Origin: Octopus vulgaris
Taxonomy: Eukaryota
Direction: 5' to 3'
Assembly (NCBI GenBank): GCA_951406725.2
Contig: OX597830.1
Coordinates: 75,206,001-75,270,000, forward strand
Length of the DNA: 64,000 nt
Shown: positions 54,356 to 64,000 of the stretch, piece by piece
Layout: every line of letters starts with the position of its first letter
Position numbering within the stretch: position 1 is the stretch's first letter
Translations under genes and position numbers: made by a program
The notes under the pieces: generated by a model
The model's input: the letters and a program-made list of their open reading frames with translations, nothing else
Database searches by the model: none
Told to the model about the DNA's origin: nothing

Positions 54356-55491
54356 CATCTGTCTTCAACCTCCTCTCCTTTCTTACTCTTTCACACCATT
54401 CTTTTTTTTTTCTTTTTTCACTCTCTTTTCCATTAATTTCATCCTAAATTACTTCATTACATTTCTCATTGCCATTTTTCATTCCGACTGATTTCATTAT
54501 TGTATTCTTTCCATTATTCTATTTCTATTTCCTTTCTTACCAAAATACCTTTAGATTCATATTCTTCTTTCTGTTCTTATTACTTAAGACGTTTTCCCTA
54601 CAATATTCCAATATTTTCTTTCCCGCTTTTATTCTCACCTCCTCTCCTTCTCCTTTCTTTCTAAACGTACTTCTTCGTTCAGCATTTTATTTTTATTTTC
54701 CTATTTCCATCGTTCATATTTAATATTTTTTTTATTCTTTTATTATATTTTTCCCATTCCCAGCCTCATCTATTTTCTTGTTTTTCCATTTCTAAAATGT
54801 TTATATATTATATTCGCTCTCATTCTCTTCTTTTTATTTTTAGATCATCATATTTTCTTTGTTTTATATTTTGCCTTACTTTTTTTTTTTGCTTTGTCCT
54901 TGTATTCCTTCTTTTTCACATACGTCTAATTTTCATAATTATTTTTCGTGTCTCATTCCTTGCTCCCTTCTACTTTTAGGTTTCGTTATTTTTGCAATTT
55001 GATTCTATTCTGTGTAATTATCACACATCCTTCATTCCCTCTTTCTTTCACTCTTTCACTCCCGTCATATCTCCCTCTCACACACTTTCTTACTTTCTGA
55101 GTCTTTTTTCTCTTTTACTCTTTCCATTTTTCCTATATAGTCATAGATATCTATCCTTCTCTCTTCCTCTCTTTCTCCCCTCAATTTCATTCCTTCTCTT
55201 TCTCCTTTATCTGTTTTCTTGTGCTTTTTCTTTCTTCTCTCTCACACTGTCTTTACTCATTCTTTCAACAATCCTCTTCCTCTTTATCCTTCATCTCACT
55301 CTTTTTCATTCTCCATATGCTCTCTCTACCATTTCAAGTATTTTTCTCATATAATCTTTCACTCTTTCTCTCTTTTTCTCTATATCTTTCATTTCCTTTC
55401 CCTTTGTTATTTCATTCATCACTCTCTTTTCCTTCTCTGTAGTTCCTTCTTTCTTAGTCTTTTATTACTCTTACTCTTTCTCTTTTACCTT

Positions 55492-55523
<32 letters not shown>

Positions 55524-56414
55524 TTTCTCTCTGTCGCTTTCTTATCACACTCTTTCATCCTATATTTCTGTTTTTTTTCTTCTTCCTTTGTCTTTATTTC
55601 GTTTTTATTTTTTATTTTCTTTCTCTCCTCCAATCGTTAGATCGGTGTCTTAGTGCTCCTAACACAAGAAAGCTATTAGAAATAATAACCCTTGCGCTCT
55701 ACGCATACACTCACACATAAACACAAAACACACGCACACACATGAATATATACATTGACGCACTCCCATATAAACATGTGCGCACACATACATAAAATAA
55801 AAAAACATGCATAAATATAAATATATTGCACAAAACAAATACATATACACACACACATGTACTCGCACACAGTCATACACAACAGCATATTCTGATACCA
55901 ATATAAACACAAACAAATAAGCATGCAAACACAAACAGACTCACATTATCGTAGCCATATACATGTAAACACTAAAATCACAGACACACACAGATATATA
56001 CAAACGCAAACACGCACGCGTAAATACGCAGCGACGTTATTGGCTTAAATAGAAAAAAAAAAAAAGAGGTACACAAAGGGAAACTACCTCGTATTGGATT
56101 TGACCATAAGGTCTTAGAGACGAGGTAGCCATAGCAATATCCTTTATTTTTCTCGATATTTTACGCTAAAGACCAACCAACAACACGAAAAAAAATATTT
56201 AAAAAAAACAGGAGAGAGAAAAATCACAAAATGGGATAAAAAAAAATGTTCCGTACAGTAAAACAAAACATAAAAAATATATTAATATCCAGTTCAATAA
56301 GACAAGGATAAAATACACACATGCACATACACGCACGCACACACACACACACAAACACAAACGCATACACACATACATGTATATGCATGCACGCATTTAT
56401 GTATGCATATATGC

Positions 56415-56446
<32 letters not shown>

Positions 56447-56618
56447 ACATATATATATATTCACATATATATATTTATGTATGTGTGTGTTTGTGTGCGA
56501 GTGTGTACTTGTGTGCGTATATATGGAGCGTGTATATATGTGCATGCGTCTATTTAGATGCATGTAAATATGTGTAGGAGTGCGTGTATATGTGTTTGCT
56601 TGTATGCATGTGTGTATG

Positions 56619-56649
<31 letters not shown>

Positions 56650-56759
56650 GTATGTATGTATGTATGAGTGAATGTATGTATGAGTGTATGTATGTAAAAA
56701 TCAAATATGGTTTATAATTATAATGCTCCTACTCCTGCACTACATCTATTTCCAGAATT

Positions 56760-56938
<179 letters not shown>

Positions 56939-57292
56939 GTAAGTAGTAGTCGTATTAGTAGTAGTAGTTGCAATAGTGGTGTTGGTGTTGGTGGTGCGAT
57001 TATTATAGTTGATGGTCCAAATAGTATTGCTATTGCTGTTAGTATTACTATTACTAATGACACACCTCTAACGCTCTTATTGGTAACGTGTGTACTAACA
57101 ACAGTAACGGAATCACTGGTACCATTAACATTGCTATCATCAACGTTACTAGTATTTACATTGAACATCATAATACCAACACAACTTATGAAACTATCTA
57201 TGTACTATATATGTGTGTTTATGCATACATATGGATGTAAATATGCATACACAAATTGAGAAAGACGGATAGCTAACTCGAGAGTAGGATAA

Positions 57293-57351
<59 letters not shown>

Positions 57352-57393
57352 ATGTGTGCGTCTGTATGTATATGTATGAATGCCTACACACAC

Positions 57394-57433
<40 letters not shown>

Positions 57434-57467
57434 ACATATATATATATATATGTATGTATAGATACAC

Positions 57468-57501
<34 letters not shown>

Positions 57502-57536
57502 GTATATATATATGTGCATATATATATATATATATG

Positions 57537-57608
<72 letters not shown>

Positions 57609-58094
57609 GGTAGGTAGGTAGGTAGAAAGAGGGTGAGAGGGTGCAGAATGTGTAAGAAGGAAAGAGAGTGGTGAGAGGAAGTAAATAAGAGAAAAATTAG
57701 GTAAAAATGTGAAAAAAATAAAAATAAAAATAAAGCAGCTTGTACACCATCCCGATTAAAACCAAGAAATAAAAATATTAAAGAAAAAACATTTTTTTCA
57801 CAAATACACATACAAAAACAACGACAAAAATAAACTGAACTCGTACATAGAATCACATAGAAACTTATACAACCAAAGAAACATAGGAAAACATACAAAC
57901 ATCGAACCCCCACCCCTGCATCACCAACACACACAGACACTACGTAACCCAAACACACAATGTCAAAAATATGATATATACACATACAGAATATCATAAG
58001 ATTATACAAAAATGATGCACCCACATACCTGCTCCTAGAGATATGTGCATACGCACAGTCATTGACGTGTGTGTGTGTGTATGTGCTTATATAT

Positions 58095-58157
<63 letters not shown>

Positions 58158-59612
58158 AATATACATACATATATATGTATATCTATCTACATATCTCTCT
58201 CTATATATGTGTGTATGTGTGAGTGACCCAAAATACGTATATACGCGTATGCAAACAAGGAGAAATTCATGCAGAAAATACACCATATACTCAGTTCCAA
58301 AAGCACCTACCCACCACATACACACACACAGAAACACGTACACAGTATTCTGTGTAGAAGCACCCGTATATTCACATCCACACACACACATACACTAAGA
58401 CACACATTCACGTAACTGTGTTGTGCAGCTATACACACAAGTATTATCAAACACATGCACACAACAGACATACGCACATAAACACATAAGCACATCCGTA
58501 TTTACACACACACATACACACACACACGTACACACATACACACACAGATTACAAAATACAACAGCAAAACCTTTTTACTTTACCTCCCAAACTAACAAAA
58601 ATATATAAAACAAACTTTTTTAAAAAATCACGTTTACAAAATAAAAAAAGATTGCGAAAGCAAAAGTAAAAGTGAAAGTAAAAATCTCCCCAAGTCAGAT
58701 ATAACAACAACAACTCCAACAATTACATGCACAGCAATAACAAGAACAATAACTCTGACAGTAACAACTACAACGACCACAGCAAAAGCAACAACAGGCT
58801 CAAAGTATAGTGCATATGTTTATTGATGTCATCAGTTTCTTTGGTATTGTTCTTGTTGTTATCGTTGCTGTTGTCATAGACATTTGTTTGTTGTTTTTTT
58901 ACTATTTCGTATTTAAATGTTTCTTTTCTTGCTTTTGTTTTTTTTTCTTCCTTTTAACGATCATGACCAAGAAAGAATAGAAAACAAATCGAAAATGAAG
59001 AAAAAAAAACAGCATAAAAATAAAATAAATGCGTATCACTACAAAAAAAAAAACAGCAGAAACATTATGTCCAACAGCTGACTTTTCAAGTGCACAGCTT
59101 TAATCAGCACCCATCCTCCCATCTCTACGCCCCTCACCAAACCATGTTGACCTCTGTAGGTTCTGCTTGCTATTTTATGCACAAAAAGCTAAGAAAAAAA
59201 ACTACAAATATTAAATGAATAAATAAAAAAAGAGGTAAAAATAAAACCTGAAAGTCAGTAGCACCCATAACAACAACAACAACAACGACAACAACAAAAA
59301 GAAAACAACAAGAACAATTGAGAGAACGTTGGTGTGGCAGTTGTCTGTCTGGCATGCGGGATGAGATTGTTGGCTAGCTAGGTAAAGCTCTGGTCTTCTG
59401 TGTTTTTATATTCGCTCGCAATGTTGGCCACCTCTACCTAGCTTCTGTAGCTCCTGTAACCATCAGCATCAGCACCACAATCACCAGCAGCAGCTATAGC
59501 AGCAGCAGTAGCAGCAGCAGCAACATCGTCTCAAAAAAACTAACAACAACAACAACGACAGCAGCACAACAGACATCTAACAGTTAAACAATCTGCTAAG
59601 CAGCACCAATAA

Positions 59613-59674
<62 letters not shown>

Positions 59675-59722
59675 ATGTATATTTATATATATATATGTAT
59701 ATGTATATATATGAACACACAC

Positions 59723-59771
<49 letters not shown>

Positions 59772-59818
59772 CATTCTATATAATTGTTCGTGTATACGCA
59801 TATATGTATATACATACG

Positions 59819-59891
<73 letters not shown>

Positions 59892-60402
59892 AGGCACGTA
59901 TGCATGCTAAAGCAGGATGATGACCCATAAGCAAATCAGCATTAAAATTTCTTTCAGGTTCGAAACCCTATGAGATTTACGGACGCAACATGCATACACA
60001 TATGCACACGCTGGCATTAATACATCCATGCTTTTGTTATTCATATAAGTATGTATATATATATATATATATATGCATATATCTGCACTCTTATAGAAGC
60101 ATGAATAATCATACGTTTACATATTAGTAAATATGTGTCTCTTCAGCATATGCAATGTAAAAGTAGGCATGTGTGTGCGCGCGCGTGCGTGTGTGTGTTC
60201 AGAAAGAAATAGACCTCAGTGTGTATGAATATATAGATTTGAGCACAAATTAAAAATAATAAGCGCACACAGACATATATACGATATGTGTGTATATTGA
60301 AAGATATATATATATATATATATACGCATATATACACATATATAGAATGAAAGACTCATACATACATGCATATACATATTTATATATATATATGTATATA
60401 TA

Positions 60403-60473
<71 letters not shown>

Positions 60474-61909
60474 GTATATATATATAAATATGTACAGCAT
60501 GAGTCTGTGTGTACTGAATTTATTTGTTTTTGTCCAATCGTATTTGTATAGTTAACGCTTTTTGATGCTATACTATTTTTTAGTTTACTAGATATGAATT
60601 CATATATATATTTTTTATTTGTTCTTGTTCTCCTGGCTCTTGTGTACTTCTTTTGGCATTTCGTATTATTTTTCTTATTGTTTCTCTTTGGGGTCTGATA
60701 CTTTTGAGATTTTGCTACTATCTTTATTATTTGGCTATCACTAGATTTTTTTTTCTGTCTGATATGAGGAGTATTTTTTTGTGTGATTATGTCTGTGTTG
60801 TGTGTGTATGTATGTAAGTATTTATCTTTGATTCTCAGTGTATGTAAATGTGGTTTAGGAAGTTCATGTGTGTGAATAGTAAAAGTTGTATATTGGTGCT
60901 CTCCAATATTTATTCCTTGGCATTTTGGTTTTTGATTTTTATGTTTACATGGATATATATGTATATATATATATACGTGTGTGTGTTTATGTATTTGTCT
61001 GTATGCGCATATATACGTTTTATTCTTTGTTTTCCCCTTTTCATGTATGTCATAGGTCAGAGGCCTTTTTCTAATTTAATGTTGTTGATATCACTGTCGT
61101 TGTTGGTCTTGTTTATAATGATGATAACTGTGATGGTGATGATGTTGATGAGGATAGCGACGATGATGATGATGATGATGATGTTGCTGTTGTGGTTGTT
61201 GTTGATGATGATGATAACGATGATGATGATGTTGACGAGAACAACGATGACGATGAAGAGGATGACGATCATGATGATGATATTGATGATGATGATGATA
61301 TTTTTGTTGTTGTTGTTGTTGGTGGTGGTGGTTGTGGTGGTAGTGGTGGTGGTGGTGGTGATACTGTTGATTATGATGAAGATGATGATGCTGTTTTTTT
61401 TGGTAACTTTTCGTTCTTATTGTTAGAATGCAGTTCATTGATTTTCGATAAATTTCCTCGTTTCAAAACAAAAATAAATAAATAAATAATAATAATAACA
61501 GAAAAAAAATTGAACCATAACAACAACAACAACAACAGCAACAAAAGCAACAAAAGTATCACTAGTACTACTAACAATAATATGGATAATGCTATCACAA
61601 AAAAAATGCAACACAAGCAAAAATAATAGTAAAAAAATATATTACTAACAATAATGTGTGATGCTATTCCATATTCTCTGTTGGTGATCTTGATATTTTT
61701 TTAAATATTACATTTTTTTTATTAGTTCTTTTATTTTGCAGTGAGTGAGCATTTTTATATTTTGTCTTTGCCTTTATTCTTTTTAAATATTTTGTCAGCA
61801 CCATGTGTGTATATATGTGTGTATGTGATGTTATATACATATATATATATATGTACACATATGTATATACATTTATGTACACATATACACGTACTTATGC
61901 ATATGTATG

Positions 61910-61968
<59 letters not shown>

Positions 61969-62094
61969 AGAGGAGGAAAAATGCCATTATCTACTTCCAA
62001 AGTCTTCTTTTATTATCTTCATAGTTTTTTGTATCAACGAACTCATAATGTATCCATAGGCAATAGCATAACAGCCATATATCGATTGATCCCT

Positions 62095-62765
62095 GTAGTG
62101 ATAATGATGATGATGATGAGAATGATAAAGATGACGATGATGATGATGACGATGATGATCATCATCATCATCACCATCACCATCATCATCATCATCATCA
62201 TCATCGTCAGCAGCAGCAGCTGCAGCGGCAACAGCGGCAGCAGCATTGTCATCATGTTCATCATGTTCATTATCATTATCATCGACATCATCATCAGCAC
62301 CACCACCATCAATCTGCTCACCATCATCATCGTCATCATCATTCTCATCATCATCAGCGTCATCAATCATCCTCTTCGCGTTGGTAGTGTTGATGGTAAT
62401 GGCAGTGGTCGTGTTGATGATGATGATGATGATGATGATTATGATGAGAATGAGGATCTTAATATTAACAAACATCATCACCGTCACCATCATTATCACC
62501 ACCACCACCATCACCATCACCATCACCATCATCATCGTCGACGTCGTCATCATCATCATCATCATCATCACCACCACCACCACCACCATCATCGTCATCA
62601 TCGTCATCATCATCGTCATCCTCATCATCACCACCACCACCACCACCATCATCATCGTCATCATCATCATCATCACCACCACCACCACCACCACCACCAC
62701 CATCATCGTCATCATCGTCATCATCATCGTCATCATCATCATCACCACCACCACCACCATCATCG

Positions 62766-62804
<39 letters not shown>

Positions 62805-62875
62805 CCACCACCACCACCACCACCACCATCATCGTCATCATCGTCATCATCATCGTCATCAACATCATCATAACA
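62095..62875. repeat. Compound (GAT)n/(CAT)n/(CAC)n/(CGT) trinucleotide array
   Basis: Directly visible; it produces the poly-His ORF 61741-62931. Confidence 0.9.
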
Positions 62876-63329
62876 ACGCTTATGAGGTTCATCAGTGTTA
62901 TGGTAATGGCGACGTAGTTTTTTGTAGTTAAATTAATGATGGCAAAAACGTTGACGGTCAGTACTGAGACAATGAGGATATTGTATTGTGCAGAGCATTG
63001 ATGCTAACGATTTGTGAAGATGTCAGTGATAATGATGCTGACGGCGAAGACGGTGATGGAGACGAAGAAGAGACAGAAGCAAAAGTGTGATGATGACGAC
63101 GACGGGGGTGATGATGAAGACGATGACGCCACCGATGGCTGTGCTGGTGGTGGGGGTGGGGGTGCTGCTGCTGTTTGTGACGATGGTGATGAAGAAGAGA
63201 ACGAAGAAGAGAACGAAGAGGAGGACGATGACAACGATGACGATGTTGATGATGATGACGATGATGATGACGATAATGAAGATTACTGCTGTTGCAGATA
63301 ATTAAGATGGTAATATTGAAGATAATATT

Positions 63330-63548
63330 GGTTTCACATTTTGCCACAAGGGCAGCGAGTTCTGAGTGGGGGGGGGGGGGAGTCGATAACATCAACCCCA
63401 GTGCTCAACTGATACTTATTTTATCGGTCCCCAAAGGAAGAAAGGCAAACTCGAATTCACAGTATTTGAACTCAGAATGTAAAAACGGGCGAAATGCTAC
63501 TAAGCATTTTACCTGGCATGCTATAATGATTCTACAAGCTCGCCGCCG
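63330..63548 (-). mobile_element. SINE family 2 copy
   Basis: GTCGATAACATCAACCCCAGTGCTCAACTGATACTTATTTTATCGGTCCCCAAAGG..TTTGAACTCAGAA..CTAAGCATTTT..AGCTCGCCGCC. Confidence 0.8.
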
Positions 63549-64000
63549 TAATAGTAAAGTTAATATTAAAATAATTATGTAATTATAAGGAAAGCAATAA
63601 TTAGGGAAAAGAAATAATAGCAAAGACCGGAATCACAAAAATAGAACTAACACTACTTTGCTGTTTGGAAACTTATCCATTAACATTGATGTTACCATCT
63701 TGAAGAATATTGTAAATTGAATAGAATATAACAATTAGGAAAATGTTGAGAATGTGTAAGTAATACATTAATTTAGTTGTGAGCTTTTATTGCTCTTTGC
63801 CTCGTATAAGCAGTGTATTGCAAATGTATTCACTAAGATCCGATTTTCACTATGATGGGGTTTACATAAAGTAATTAATAGATAGATTTTATTCTCCATG
63901 GAAAAATCTTATAAATCCAAAATAAAATTGTATCATTTGACCAAAGATTAAAAGAGAAATGGGTACTTTCAATGTGATGCGAAAAAAATATACAAATCGA

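Noticed and set aside
57194-58108. 304-aa ORF and the many other YI/CV/HT/poly-I/L/N ORFs in the track
   Set aside because: These are translations of microsatellites and low-complexity DNA.
59945-60000. Splice-acceptor-like TTTCTTTCAG|G with nearby TGCATG
   Set aside because: There is no clear donor or coding signal downstream, and such motifs are common in AT-rich DNA.
61741-62931. 396-aa ORF with a poly-His C-terminus
   Set aside because: It is built from (TA)n, (GAT)n and (CAT/CAC)n repeats that lack stops, has no domain, and the opposite strand is open too.

Overview
AT-rich, microsatellite-saturated eukaryotic intronic or intergenic DNA. The SINE families and repeat landscape look like an Octopus (coleoid cephalopod) genome; this is an inference. 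I found no convincing host protein-coding exon, and nearly all ORFs in the track are translations of simple repeats. Recognisable content: (1) five decayed R4/Dong-type non-LTR retrotransposon pieces with a restriction-like endonuclease (RLE), mostly abutting (TAA)n tracts; (2) a young 5'-truncated CR1-clade LINE; (3) a full-length decayed mariner and a mariner-derived MITE; (4) a decayed hAT transposase carrying an 82-bp inverted self-duplication; (5) a MULE-like MITE with a 9-bp target-site duplication (TSD) nested in a SINE, and a ~460-bp foldback element; (6) two abundant tRNA-derived SINE families and two tRNA pseudogenes; (7) a degenerate A/C-rich satellite. The most interesting signals are several short repeats carrying minimal type I hammerhead-ribozyme motifs, including a near-perfect palindrome and a family with a CUGUNGA core, and a TAA-associated non-coding element whose 3' tail is shared with a tRNA-headed SINE. 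Coordinates were read by eye; boundaries of degenerate repeats are approximate.
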